This document shows positions 1 through 10,191 of a stretch of 64,000 bases of DNA, piece by piece; within the stretch, counting starts at the first letter, position 1; the number at the start of each line of letters is the position of its first letter. Below the pieces are notes generated by a model, which was not told the DNA's origin, ran no database searches, and worked only from the letters and a program-made list of their open reading frames with translations. A program made the translations under genes and the position numbers. The DNA is from Myxococcota bacterium (GTDB lineage Bacteria > Myxococcota_A > SURF-8), in the NCBI GenBank assembly GCA_965140415.1, contig OZ223209.1, positions 256,001-320,000 on the forward strand, read 5' to 3'.

Positions 1-261
1 ACGGATATCGGCATCGGTTTGTACTTCAAGTCCAAAAAGCACTGCCAGTTGGACGATTTCGGCCCCTTCGAACGCAAGTTCCGGGTGTTTTCCGGTCGTC
101 GCAACACCTATATCTGGACGCTGATTCCCTTTGTGCTGTTCGGGGCGCTCTACGCCGGATACTGGATGATCACGATTTACGCGCTAATCACCCTGGGCGT
201 GCGTTTCTGGCGCTGCACCTATCATATTCGCAACGATAGCGAGCGCGTCCTGCCGGAATAG
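1..261 (+). CDS. Partial (5'-truncated) membrane protein, possibly the C-terminus of a CDP-alcohol phosphatidyltransferase family protein
   Basis: Frame 1 is open from base 1 to TAG at 259-261. The motif FRVFSGRRNTYIW followed by two hydrophobic helices resembles the C-terminal end of CDP-alcohol phosphotransferases; the diagnostic catalytic motif would lie outside the window. Confidence 0.45.
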   Translation, partial: TDIGIGLYFKSKKHCQLDDFGPFERKFRVFSGRRNTYIWTLIPFVLFGALYAGYWMITIYALITLGVRFWRCTYHIRNDSERVLPE

Positions 262-399
262 GCGAACACGAAACTGTATAGGCCGGAGCCTCTTGTCCGG
301 CCACAACGGCTTCCGGCTGTATCGCCGAAGCCTGCAATACGTCCAAGACCTCTCCTCATCGCCGGTTTCCAAAGAAACCGGCAAGCACAGGAGTCGACT

Positions 400-3144
400 A
401 TGATTCAACGTTTCCTGATTCTGCTGGCCCGTTTCGTTCATCGTTTTCCGCTGCCGATTTTCTTCATCTCCCTGCTGCTCACGATTCTGGGTGTGTATTA
501 CGCTTCCTCGCTGAAGATCAAGACCAATATCGGCGACCTGCTCCCCGAGCACACCTTCTCGGTCACTCACCTGCGCGAAGTGATGGACGAGATCGGCGCG
601 GCGGGCTACCTGATGGTGATGGTCGAAGGCTCCGATACGGACCAGATGAAACGCTTCGGACATGCGCTCACCGATGAATTGCTGAAAGTCAAGCAGCAAC
701 GCAAGCAGGAAGGGAAAGAGATCTTCGTTCAGGCGGTCGATCTGCGTAACGACATTCAGTACTTCAAGGACCGCGCGCTCTATTTCCTGAGTCAAGACGA
801 ATTGATGGACATCTGGGAGCGCATCGACGACCGTGTCCGCAAGGAAAAGCTCAAGGCCAATCCGCTGTTTGTGAACCTGGACGACGAAGAGGATGAGAAA
901 GAGGATGACAGCGCCGAGGTATTCAGCCTGCGCAGCCTGCACCAGAAATACCGGACCGGTGACTTTAAAGAATACTTCATTGCCGACGACAACTCGGTGT
1001 TGGGCGTACTGGTGCGCCCCACCCAGCCTTCCTCCGATCTGGGCTTCAATAAGCGCCTGCTCGAACATGTCCGCGCCGTTGGCGACCGCGTGATCAAAAA
1101 CGGCGAATTCGGCGATACGAGCTTCGATCTGGGTGGCAGCTATCGCAATAAAAGCGTGGAAAAACAGAGCATCATCGACGATCTGGTGCGTTCGCTTTCC
1201 ACGACGATGATTCTGCTGGTGCTGGTATTGACGCTCTACTTCCGCCGGTTGCGTTCGGTGGTTGTAATCATGACGCCGCTGGTGATGGGGGTCGTTTGGG
1301 CACTGGCGGTGGCCGAGTTCAAATACGGTCACCTGAACATGATTACGGCCTTTATTTTCGCCGTGTTACTGGGACTGGGCATCGACTTCGGCATCCATTT
1401 CCTCAATCGTTACATGGAGTGCCGCCACAAGGGCATGAACACCCTGGATTCGCTGATCGAAGCGGAAGGCAACACGGGGCGCGCCATCTTTACCGGCGCC
1501 ATGACGACCTCGGCGGCGTTTTTCTCGCTGACACTGGCCGACTTCCGTGGCTTCTCGCAGTTCGGTTTTATTGCCGGAATGGGCTTGGTATTCTGCGTTA
1601 TCGCCTCTTTCCTGGTACACCCGGCGATGCTGCTGTTGTCGGAAAAAATGGTTCCCATCGTGAAAAAGGATGGACCGACTAAAGACATCAAACCGGTGTC
1701 GATGCTGCATCCGGGCTTGATCGTGCTGGTGACACTGCTGATTGTAGCCTACGGCGGCTGGGCGGTAGCACAGAGCTTCAAATGCCACTCCGATGCACCA
1801 TGGTACAGCGATACGGCCCGTTGCGGTCCCGATTCCAAAGACTGCTGCGAACCGCCCATCGACTTCGAATACAACTTCGCCAAGCTGCGCACGCGCAACA
1901 ATCCGGTGCTCAACATGAGCAAGAAATATGGAAAAGCCATGCCGCTGTCGTTGCAACCGGTCATGGTTGTTGCCGAAGATCTGGAAGATACCCGGCTGCT
2001 GCACGAGCGCGTGATGGAAATGCGCGATACCACCGAGCGTTCCACCTTGAAGGTCACACGCTCGCTTTACACGTTCCTGTCCGGCGATATGAACGCCAAG
2101 CAGAGCATCATTAAACAAATTCGAAAACTATTGAACAACGACAACCTGGAGCTGATCAAAGATCCGCAGACCAAAGCCGACGCGCAGGAACTGCTGCGCA
2201 TGACGTTATCCAAACCGATGACGTTGTTCGGTTTGCCGGAAAAAATCATCCGCACCTTCAGCATCGTGCGTCCGGGTAAAGAGGAGATCATCCCCTTCCT
2301 GAAGGATGTTATGAAAGACTGGCAGGGGCGCACGCTGGACGACCGTTTCGTACAGGAACTGAGCCGCCGCTGGAAAGATCTGAGCGAAGAAAAGCGCGAG
2401 CAAGTCAATGCCTGGGTGGCGGACGTGGAGATTCCGAAAGGCTCTCCGCTGGCGAATATCGACGATGTCACGTTGGCGCGTTTGATCCGCTGGACCCAGC
2501 ATCGGGTCGGCGTGTTGAACATGATCTATACCAACGTGGACACCTGGAACGGCATCGCCTGTATCCGGTTCAACCAGGAAGCTTCGGTCATCAAAGCCGG
2601 GGATCGTACCTATCATCCGGTTGGCGAGGCGTTTGTTTTCGCCGACACGATGTGGGCCATGGAAAAAGACGGCGTCAAGGCCATCAGCGCCAGCATTCTT
2701 GTGGTCTTCTTGTTGCTGCTATTCGACTTCCGCTCGTTGAAACACACCTTGCTGGTCATGGTGCCGCTATTCACCGGCATTCTGGGGATGTGCGCTTTCA
2801 TGGCGCTGACCGGCGTCAAAATTTCCTTCTTCAACATGGTGGTATTGCCAACCATTGTCGGAATCGGAGTGGACAACGGCGTTCACATCTACCACCGCTA
2901 TCTGGAAGAAGGCCCCGGCTCGATCCCGCGCGTTCTGGGCTCCTCCGGCTGGGCGGTGACACTGTCTTCAATCACCACCATGATCGGTTTCGCCGGAATG
3001 AACACCGCCAACCACGCCGGCTTGAACTCCATCGGCGAACTGGCGATCATCGGTATGACCGCTTGTTTGCTGGCTTCCACGCTAAGCTTCCCCGCGCTGC
3101 TCACTCTGCTGGACAAACGGCGCGAACGAAAGGAACGAAACTAG
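400..3144 (+). CDS. MMPL/RND family transporter (HpnN-like lipid exporter)
   Basis: 914 aa; RBS AGGAG upstream; two RND halves with GLGIDFGIHF and GIGVDNGVHI motifs and about 12 TM helices. Confidence 0.9.
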   Translation: MIQRFLILLARFVHRFPLPIFFISLLLTILGVYYASSLKIKTNIGDLLPEHTFSVTHLREVMDEIGAAGYLMVMVEGSDTDQMKRFGHALTDELLKVKQQRKQEGKEIFVQAVDLRNDIQYFKDRALYFLSQDELMDIWERIDDRVRKEKLKANPLFVNLDDEEDEKEDDSAEVFSLRSLHQKYRTGDFKEYFIADDNSVLGVLVRPTQPSSDLGFNKRLLEHVRAVGDRVIKNGEFGDTSFDLGGSYRNKSVEKQSIIDDLVRSLSTTMILLVLVLTLYFRRLRSVVVIMTPLVMGVVWALAVAEFKYGHLNMITAFIFAVLLGLGIDFGIHFLNRYMECRHKGMNTLDSLIEAEGNTGRAIFTGAMTTSAAFFSLTLADFRGFSQFGFIAGMGLVFCVIASFLVHPAMLLLSEKMVPIVKKDGPTKDIKPVSMLHPGLIVLVTLLIVAYGGWAVAQSFKCHSDAPWYSDTARCGPDSKDCCEPPIDFEYNFAKLRTRNNPVLNMSKKYGKAMPLSLQPVMVVAEDLEDTRLLHERVMEMRDTTERSTLKVTRSLYTFLSGDMNAKQSIIKQIRKLLNNDNLELIKDPQTKADAQELLRMTLSKPMTLFGLPEKIIRTFSIVRPGKEEIIPFLKDVMKDWQGRTLDDRFVQELSRRWKDLSEEKREQVNAWVADVEIPKGSPLANIDDVTLARLIRWTQHRVGVLNMIYTNVDTWNGIACIRFNQEASVIKAGDRTYHPVGEAFVFADTMWAMEKDGVKAISASILVVFLLLLFDFRSLKHTLLVMVPLFTGILGMCAFMALTGVKISFFNMVVLPTIVGIGVDNGVHIYHRYLEEGPGSIPRVLGSSGWAVTLSSITTMIGFAGMNTANHAGLNSIGELAIIGMTACLLASTLSFPALLTLLDKRRERKERN

Positions 3145-4125
3145 ATGACCGGACCCCGATTTTCGGATAAAGCCGCCAATGTGGCCGGCATTTTAAAGCA
3201 ATTTCTGCTGGATCGACCGCGCCTGCCCATCGGTTTGAAAGATCAGCTTTTCTTCAGCCCCTTTCTGGTGCAGATGGTTGTGACACGCCGCTGCAACCTG
3301 CATTGCGGCTACTGCAACGAATTCGATAACACAAGCGAACCGGTGCCCACCGAAACGCTGAAAGCCCAGATCGATAAAATCCACGAAATGGGCGCATTGG
3401 CCGTTGAATTCACCGGCGGCGAACCGTTATTGCATCCGGACATCGTCGAGGTGGTGCGCTATGCTACACAAAAGGGTTTCGCGGCGCGCATGATGATCTC
3501 GAACGCCTACCTGTTTACGGAAAAGAAACTGTTGGAACTGAACGAAGCCGGTTTGACGGATTTGCAGGTCAGTATCGACGGCGTTAAAACGAACGACATC
3601 ACCATCAAGGTGCTCGATCCATTGCGCGACAAACTGGAGATGATCGCCCGGCTGGGACGCTTTCGCGTACAGCTAAACGGTGCGGTGGGTGTGGCTCCGC
3701 CGGAAGAAACGCTGGAGATGATCGATTTCGCCAAGGCGCACGGCTTCCGTCCGCGCGTGCTGTTGGTGCATGACGGCGACGGCCAGGTGCGGCTGAGTCG
3801 CGAGCAACTGGCCACCTACGAAGAAGCCAAGGGGCGCATCGGAAAGCGCTTCAAGGAATCGCACGGCTACCGGGAAAAACTATTAGACGGCGGACCGGCC
3901 TTTTTCAAATGCCGCGCCGGGGCGCGGTATCTGTACGTCGATGAATTCGGCATGGTGCGCTGGTGCAGCCAGCAACGCGCCGCCTTCGAGAAACCGCTAT
4001 TGGACTATACGCTAGAGGATTTGAACGAGCAGTTCTACCGCGCCAAAGGCTGCGAGGATTACTGCTCGGTAGGTTGCGCCCGCACCAGCAGCGCCTACGA
4101 CGAGCATCGGGAATATGGGAAGTAG
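3145..4125 (+). CDS. Radical SAM protein with C-terminal Cys-rich (SPASM/Twitch-like) extension
   Basis: CNLHCGYC (CxxxCxxC), GGEPLL, C-terminal CRAG...WCSQ...CEDYCSVGC. The start abuts the MMPL stop codon. Confidence 0.9.
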   Translation: MTGPRFSDKAANVAGILKQFLLDRPRLPIGLKDQLFFSPFLVQMVVTRRCNLHCGYCNEFDNTSEPVPTETLKAQIDKIHEMGALAVEFTGGEPLLHPDIVEVVRYATQKGFAARMMISNAYLFTEKKLLELNEAGLTDLQVSIDGVKTNDITIKVLDPLRDKLEMIARLGRFRVQLNGAVGVAPPEETLEMIDFAKAHGFRPRVLLVHDGDGQVRLSREQLATYEEAKGRIGKRFKESHGYREKLLDGGPAFFKCRAGARYLYVDEFGMVRWCSQQRAAFEKPLLDYTLEDLNEQFYRAKGCEDYCSVGCARTSSAYDEHREYGK

Positions 4126-4308
4126 AGTCTGAACCTTCTATTTTTAGCCGCAGATCCTGTGAGTTTGTGCCATAACCTTACGCGACCGAAGATCGTGGAA
4201 GGCTATGTGTTTTCTTATAGTTACACAAGGCCTCCCGGAACTTCCATTCCGTGAGACCATGGCACATCCCGATTACTCGATAGGCAGAAATGGATGATGT
4301 CTGCTCTA
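4123..4308 (+). repeat. Dispersed TAG...CTCTA-bounded structured repeat (MITE-like), copy 1 of 3
   Basis: Core TTTGTGCCATA.CCTTACGCGA..GAAGATCGTGGAAGGCT.TGTGT...CACATCCCGA.TACTC...TGAT.TCTGCTCTA recurs at 28223-28385 (minus) and 62907-63077. Confidence 0.85.
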
Positions 4309-5535
4309 AATATAAAACCGGAAAAGCAAACTGGCGCTGTAGGGATAGCTGCCGAATTCGGAGCGCAGGCGTGGCAGAATGCGCCAGGGTCGTTGTACGC
4401 CCGGTTTTCTGCCAAGCGGAATACCCAGCGTGGCGATCATGTCGATGTTGTCATCCAGGCTGTAGGTGGCGGCTCCGGTAACGTAAAACGAGGGATCGGT
4501 TACGTTCATCAGCGCCACGGCCTGCAACACCAATAACGGCGTGGCTTCGCCACTGATGGACAGACCCAAAAAATGACGTCCCAGGTAGGGGTCGGCAAAG
4601 TCAGTCATCGTCGCCGCCTGCGTCAGGTAGTCGTCCGGACCTTCCGCTCCCTGGCCGCGATAGTAATATTCCAACGCCAGCTGCACCGTGTTTTCCCAGC
4701 GCTTGTCGAAGCCGACGGCAAAGCGTCCGTACCACTGATCGATATCGTCTTTGGGAAACGTGATATTGCCCTCGCCGCGCACGCCCAAGCCAAGCACTTC
4801 ACCGGTAAACGCGCCGCCGAAGACGTAGCGGCGATCAAGCTGGCCACCTAAAACGGAGAAATCGAAGCTGTCGATGTTCATCTGCCCGCGCAGAATCGCC
4901 GCACAGCGTTCCCAGGCCGGTTGGTCGTTTTCATCGTAGCCCATCGCTACGATGGCGGTAATCTGGGAGAGGTAGCTGGGCATGGCATCGATGCGAATGG
5001 CGTCCACGCCGGGGCGGAATTCGCGATCGGCGGCGGTGCTGGCGAAGGGATGGAAGAAATCGTTGGGGGTGAAAATATAGTTCGTGGCCAGCCCGATCGG
5101 CTGGCGTCCGATGGTGACATCCACCGGGCCGCCGTAGATTTTCAGTGACAGGCTGTCGACAAAAAACGGAAAATTGAAATCGTCGTCGCTGAACCAGTCG
5201 CTATCCAGATAGGTGGTGCGGTAGCTGCTGTCGTTGGCGGAGAAAAGGCTTTGACCGTTTGTATAGCGTGCCCCCTGATACAGGTTCACGTCCAGATTCA
5301 GCCGATCGACGAACAGGGCATTGACCAGCAGGCGCAGGCCGATAAAGGCATCCCCGGTGACCTCATCCGGGTAAAGCTGCTTGGGTCCGGGGTTGATCTG
5401 CACGCCACCGCCGCCATCGATGGCCAGCCGCGCATTCAAGGAAACCGTGTCCGTTTCCACATCCGCAAAGCCATAGGCCAAGGCCGCGTTCAGCCACAAG
5501 ATGACCGCTATCCAACCGGTACATACACGTTTCAT
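4306..5535 (-). CDS. Predicted outer-membrane beta-barrel protein
   Basis: 409 aa with a signal peptide, a TIGRQPIGLA...FTPND motif, alternating beta-strand pattern and aromatic C-terminus (LFRFYI). Last gene of the ABC operon. Confidence 0.7.
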   Translation of the reverse strand: MKRVCTGWIAVILWLNAALAYGFADVETDTVSLNARLAIDGGGGVQINPGPKQLYPDEVTGDAFIGLRLLVNALFVDRLNLDVNLYQGARYTNGQSLFSANDSSYRTTYLDSDWFSDDDFNFPFFVDSLSLKIYGGPVDVTIGRQPIGLATNYIFTPNDFFHPFASTAADREFRPGVDAIRIDAMPSYLSQITAIVAMGYDENDQPAWERCAAILRGQMNIDSFDFSVLGGQLDRRYVFGGAFTGEVLGLGVRGEGNITFPKDDIDQWYGRFAVGFDKRWENTVQLALEYYYRGQGAEGPDDYLTQAATMTDFADPYLGRHFLGLSISGEATPLLVLQAVALMNVTDPSFYVTGAATYSLDDNIDMIATLGIPLGRKPGVQRPWRILPRLRSEFGSYPYSASLLFRFYI

Positions 5536-6233
5536 GCGACGGCTTCTCTCGCTTCGTCATTGATGATCTTGCCATCCCGCAGCGTGATGATGCGATGAGC
5601 GCGGGACATGACGCGCGGATCGTGGGTGCTGAAAACGAAGGTCGTGCCGCGTTTTTCGTTAAGCCGCTGCATCAGATCCAGCAACGCTTCGGCGGTTTTA
5701 CTGTCTACATTGGCGGTCGGCTCATCCGCCAGCACCAGCGCAGGTTCGGCCACCACGGCGCGCGCGATGGCGACACGCTGCTGCTGCCCACCGGAAAGCT
5801 GATCGGGACGCCGGTCTAACTTGTCACCCAAGCCGACTTCTTCCAGAATGGCCGTGACTTTCCGCCGCCGTTCTTCTTCCGGTACGCCGCGCAGCAGCAA
5901 TACGAATTCCGCGTTTTCATAGGCGGTCAATACCGGGATCAGGTTATAAGCCTGAAAGATGAAACCGATCTTGTCCAGCCGCACCTTGGCCAGATTTCCA
6001 GCCGACACGGTGCCGTAATCCAATCCATCCACGATAATTCTACCGGAAGTGGGAGAATCGAGCGCGCCGATGAGATTCAAAGCCGTTGTCTTGCCCGAAC
6101 CAGACGGACCGCTTAATGCGGCGAATTCACCGGGCTGTATTTCAAGGCTGATGCCGTCTAAGGCCTGCACCTTCATCCCACCCTGGTAATAAGTACGAAC
6201 GACCTGGTCGAGTTGTACGATTGCTTGTGACAT
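5532..6233 (-). CDS. ABC transporter ATP-binding protein (LolD/MacB type)
   Basis: Walker A GPSGSGKT, signature LSGGQQQRVAIAR, Walker B LVLADEPT, H-loop STHD. Confidence 0.95.
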   Translation of the reverse strand: MSQAIVQLDQVVRTYYQGGMKVQALDGISLEIQPGEFAALSGPSGSGKTTALNLIGALDSPTSGRIIVDGLDYGTVSAGNLAKVRLDKIGFIFQAYNLIPVLTAYENAEFVLLLRGVPEEERRRKVTAILEEVGLGDKLDRRPDQLSGGQQQRVAIARAVVAEPALVLADEPTANVDSKTAEALLDLMQRLNEKRGTTFVFSTHDPRVMSRAHRIITLRDGKIINDEAREAVA

Positions 6234-6242
6234 GAAAACCTC

Positions 6243-7475
6243 CTACAGTCCTTTGATGACTTCCACCGGCTTGGTGCGGGTGGCCAGAAATGCCGGGTAA
6301 ATTCCCGAGAGCAGAATAAGCAGGAACACTCCGCCGACGATGGTTGCAACGTGGTCGACGTACAGAATCGATTTGTACACCGGGTCCAGCGCCACACCGC
6401 CGAAACTCTGTTCCTCTTTCATCCACTGGCTGGTGTCCAGTCCGGTGGTGCTGAGATACCAGTACATCAAAAACGATACCCCTAGCCCCACCACGATTCC
6501 GACGATGGCCAGCCACACCGTTTCGGTCATGATCAAACGCCACAGGCGGCCATGAGTCATACCTACCGCCAACATGATGCCGAATTCGCGGAAGCGCTCC
6601 AGTACGCTCATCATGATCGTGTTCAATATTCCTGCCGTTACCAGCAGGAAAATGAAGATCTGGAAAATATAGTTACTGCCGCGATCCATGGCGATGGCCC
6701 CGGCCACTTCCGGCATCGTCTGATGCCAGCTTACCGCTACGGCGCTGTGATCCGCCGCCAGCGGTGTGACTTCCTTTGCAATCTGAGCCGCTTCGCGCTG
6801 ATCGGTAATGTACAGGGCAATCTGGGTGGCGTCATTCGCATCGTATCCCAATAAACCGCGCATGAAATCGATCGGCAACAGAATCATGTAATTGTCGATT
6901 TCCAGAGTGCCGGTTTCGAAGATGCCCACGACACGCACCAGGCCGTTTACGACTTCGCCGCTTTTATCCGCCAGTGTCAACACCAGCTTGGATTTCAGCT
7001 TGACGCCCAGGCGCTTGGCCATACCCGAGCCGATCATCACCTTGCGCCCCGTGCGACCGGGCAGGCTTTCGCCTTCGATGATGTGCTCGAAGGGAAACAG
7101 GATCTTGCTTTCGATAGTCGGATCGACGGCGGCAAAGGCGGCACCGGTCGTTTCGGCGGCGCTGGCAACCATCACCTGCCCTGCGATGCGCACTGCAACG
7201 TGATCGATGTCTTCTCGCATCGTCAGATGCTCGGCCAGCCGGTAGCTGTCCGACACCACCAGATCCGTTCCCGGCTTGTCGCGATAACCGATCGGCTCCA
7301 CTGTTACATGGCCGTAGCCGCTGCGCGCGGCGCTGTCGATCATCTTGGCGTAACTGCCGTCAGCCAGGGTGGTGAAGGTAAAGGAAAGGAAAAAGGCGAA
7401 CACCACCGAGATCAATGTAATCAGGGTCCGGCGCTTGGCGCGCCACAAGTTTCTCCAGGCCAGTTTGAATATCAT
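6243..7475 (-). CDS. ABC transporter permease (FtsX/LolE/MacB family)
   Basis: LAWRNLWRAKRRT N-terminus, large periplasmic domain, SVLERFREFGIMLAVG motif. Confidence 0.92.
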   Translation of the reverse strand: MIFKLAWRNLWRAKRRTLITLISVVFAFFLSFTFTTLADGSYAKMIDSAARSGYGHVTVEPIGYRDKPGTDLVVSDSYRLAEHLTMREDIDHVAVRIAGQVMVASAAETTGAAFAAVDPTIESKILFPFEHIIEGESLPGRTGRKVMIGSGMAKRLGVKLKSKLVLTLADKSGEVVNGLVRVVGIFETGTLEIDNYMILLPIDFMRGLLGYDANDATQIALYITDQREAAQIAKEVTPLAADHSAVAVSWHQTMPEVAGAIAMDRGSNYIFQIFIFLLVTAGILNTIMMSVLERFREFGIMLAVGMTHGRLWRLIMTETVWLAIVGIVVGLGVSFLMYWYLSTTGLDTSQWMKEEQSFGGVALDPVYKSILYVDHVATIVGGVFLLILLSGIYPAFLATRTKPVEVIKGL

Positions 7476-7484
7476 GATTCCCCC

Positions 7485-8708
7485 CTACTGATGGTGCATG
7501 GCGTCGACTGGATTCAACCGTGCGGCTTTCATCGCCGGGTACACGGCAGCCAATAGCGCCAATACAATTAGAGAAATCAACGGGATCGCAATCACGCGAG
7601 CGGTGAGAGCCCCGCGCCAGACCGGGTCCATGGCAATACCGCTGATCGCCAGCCCCTCGCCATTACCCAGTGTCGCCAGATCCAACCCCGTGTTTTGCAG
7701 ATAGTGCAATCCAGGAATCCCGAAGGCTTCTCCCAGCACCACTGCCGCCAGCGTCATTAAAAGCGTTTCCATCAACACCAACATGAAAATCGACCACGGC
7801 CCCACGCCAAGCGCTTTCATCACACCGTATTCGCGGATACGCTCGAAGACCGCCATCAGCATGGCGTTTAAGATCACGATGCCAACCGCCACGTACACCA
7901 GAATCGTCATGGGAATCAACATGACTTCCCAGATGTCCAGCATTTCCGCCAGCGCCGGGCTGATCTGCTTCCAGGTCGCGACTTCCATATTCGGCACCAA
8001 CGTTTTTATTTGTGCCGCCGCCGCAGTCAGCTTTACGTCCTTGGGCAGGCTTACAATGATTTCGTGTGCGCCCTGCTCCATGACCATCAAGTCACGAAAG
8101 GTGGCCGCGTTCATATAAAAGCCGCCGCGATCCAGACCGTCGCCGACGCTCTTTAAAACGCCACGGACCTTGAACAAATCGTTTGCCAAGGATCCGTCCG
8201 CAGCCTGTGAAACAATAACGACCTGATCGTCCACCTTGGCATTTAGCGACTTGGCCAGTTTCTTCCCAAGCACCACACCGTTCGGATCGGCTGCATCCAG
8301 CCATTTCCCGGCCAGCAGGTGCTCCGGCAGTTCCAGCGTTTCATCCTCCAGCGTCGCATCCACGCCGCGCAGAATCGCTGCCGAAGAGGAATTGTCTTTT
8401 GCCGCCAGACCGGTAGCAAACAGACGATAACTGGCCCTGTAGCCTTTTTCTTTCAGTTGTGCGATCAGCTTTTCCGGCTCCGGCACCTGCTTGTACAACG
8501 ACGGTGACACGCGGTACTCGGGGTGGTGGATCTGAATGTCGCCCATCTCCATTTCGGTAATAATGCGCTTCATGTCCAGCAGCAGCCCCTCCATCAACCC
8601 GTCGTACATCGTCATGATGCCTAACGCCAGCGCCATTGCCGCTACGGTGATAAAGCTTCGCCGTTTGGCGCGCATGATGTTGCGCGCCGCCATTCGCCAG
8701 CTTTTCAT
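7485..8708 (-). CDS. ABC transporter permease (FtsX/LolE/MacB family)
   Basis: MAARNIMRAKRRS N-terminus, AVFERIREYGVMKALG motif, C-terminal YPAMKAARLNPVDA. Confidence 0.92.
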   Translation of the reverse strand: MKSWRMAARNIMRAKRRSFITVAAMALALGIMTMYDGLMEGLLLDMKRIITEMEMGDIQIHHPEYRVSPSLYKQVPEPEKLIAQLKEKGYRASYRLFATGLAAKDNSSSAAILRGVDATLEDETLELPEHLLAGKWLDAADPNGVVLGKKLAKSLNAKVDDQVVIVSQAADGSLANDLFKVRGVLKSVGDGLDRGGFYMNAATFRDLMVMEQGAHEIIVSLPKDVKLTAAAAQIKTLVPNMEVATWKQISPALAEMLDIWEVMLIPMTILVYVAVGIVILNAMLMAVFERIREYGVMKALGVGPWSIFMLVLMETLLMTLAAVVLGEAFGIPGLHYLQNTGLDLATLGNGEGLAISGIAMDPVWRGALTARVIAIPLISLIVLALLAAVYPAMKAARLNPVDAMHHQ

Positions 8709-8718
8709 ACCGACCTCC

Positions 8719-9519
8719 CTACTTGCGCCTCAATTGATTGAGCGAGAAGAATGATGCGTTGATCTTGATGTCGAAGGTGATTTCCTTGTAGATCAACTCG
8801 GTGTATTCTTCCGGTTTATCCTGTGGCGTCATTTTCATGTAATGTGGAACCAGCCGCCCGGAATCCGTACGAAAATCGGAAAACGTCATGGTGCGCGCGA
8901 TCTCTTCGTCTTCGTCGTAATACACCATGGTCAACGGCATGAAGTCCTTTTCCCGCACCATCACCACGACCTTACCCCACACCACGGGCGCATCGGGTTT
9001 GGGTTTGGCGATGATCTCGATCAGCTTCTGCCCGTTACGCTCGCCGACAAAGCCGAGCTTGGAGCTATAGTCGTCCGACCAGCGACTTTCACGCACGAGA
9101 TCGTCGTTGGTGAAGTGGCTGCCCATCCAGGAACCCATCATCATGGCCGCCGTCAGTTTGATGGTACGATCGGTCTTGGGCAGGTAGTTCCAGATGTCTT
9201 TATCCACCTTCAAGGTCGCCGTGTCGCGCTCCTTGATCGGTTTCAACACCTTCACCAGCGATTTCTCTTCGCCCAGCGACCACATCTTCATGGTCATCGA
9301 GCGTTGCCAGTGCTGCGTTTTCACGTTCATTTCAACCAGCGATTCACTGGATTTTCCGCGCAGCAGATCATCCACCTTGTTCATGATGCTATCGACATCA
9401 TAGGCCGGTTTCTCGGCTGGTGTGGCTTTTGCGGTCTCCGCCGCCTGCGCCGCGAAAACAGGAGTTACTAAAAAAGCCATTGCGATCAGAACCGAAAGGA
9501 TGGATTTGAATAATGCCAT
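8719..9519 (-). CDS. Outer membrane lipoprotein-sorting protein (LolA-like)
   Basis: Signal peptide; IWNYLP...SWMGSHFTNDDL and FFSLNQLR motifs typical of the LolA-like family found with these ABC operons. Confidence 0.85.
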   Translation of the reverse strand: MALFKSILSVLIAMAFLVTPVFAAQAAETAKATPAEKPAYDVDSIMNKVDDLLRGKSSESLVEMNVKTQHWQRSMTMKMWSLGEEKSLVKVLKPIKERDTATLKVDKDIWNYLPKTDRTIKLTAAMMMGSWMGSHFTNDDLVRESRWSDDYSSKLGFVGERNGQKLIEIIAKPKPDAPVVWGKVVVMVREKDFMPLTMVYYDEDEEIARTMTFSDFRTDSGRLVPHYMKMTPQDKPEEYTELIYKEITFDIKINASFFSLNQLRRK

Positions 9520-9530
9520 AATGGATCACC

Positions 9531-10172
9531 TCACTTTCGTTTGGGACGAGTCTGCGGTTTGCGACTTGGCGCTGCCGCTCGTTTTTGCGGATCGTTCATA
9601 ATGCCATAAAACAAGAAATTGTTCACCTCTGCGGTCATTTCTCCGGTACTGGAAAAAAGCGCTACGAAGGCTTCGTCTGCAACCAGTTCCTGCATTTTCA
9701 GGATCATCATATACACAAACTCCGGGTCCAGGCTGGCACGGATTTCCCCGGTATTCTGTCGATGAACGATGAACCTTTGAAACTCCGCCATTCCCTTTTG
9801 GGTCAGTTCATCCAATAGATCTTTCAACCCGAAATCGGGATCGTACATTTCCTGAACCAGTTCCGGGCACATCTGGTTCGCCAGCTTCTTTTTTTCCCGA
9901 ACAATGGTGGTAACGATTTCCTCGGCAGACCGATCCGAGTCGATGATGTTCGAGAAATGTTTTATGGACGCATTCATTGTATCCTGAATGATCCTGGCGG
10001 CAAGATCCAGTTTATTAGGAAAGATTCTGTAGAACGTGACTTTGCTGACTTTGGCCACCCGACAGATTTCCTCGATGCTCACTCGACGGATGCCGTGCCT
10101 GAACATCAGTTCACGTCCTGCTTCAATTAAGATCTCTTCCTTATTTCCTCTGGAACTTTGTTTTACCGCCAT
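9531..10172 (-). CDS. TetR/AcrR family transcriptional regulator
   Basis: N-terminal HTH: ILIEAGRELMFRHGIRRVSIEEICRVAKVSKVTFYRIFPNK. Confidence 0.92.
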   Translation of the reverse strand: MAVKQSSRGNKEEILIEAGRELMFRHGIRRVSIEEICRVAKVSKVTFYRIFPNKLDLAARIIQDTMNASIKHFSNIIDSDRSAEEIVTTIVREKKKLANQMCPELVQEMYDPDFGLKDLLDELTQKGMAEFQRFIVHRQNTGEIRASLDPEFVYMMILKMQELVADEAFVALFSSTGEMTAEVNNFLFYGIMNDPQKRAAAPSRKPQTRPKRK

Positions 10173-10191
10173 ATTACGAATTCCTTTGTAG

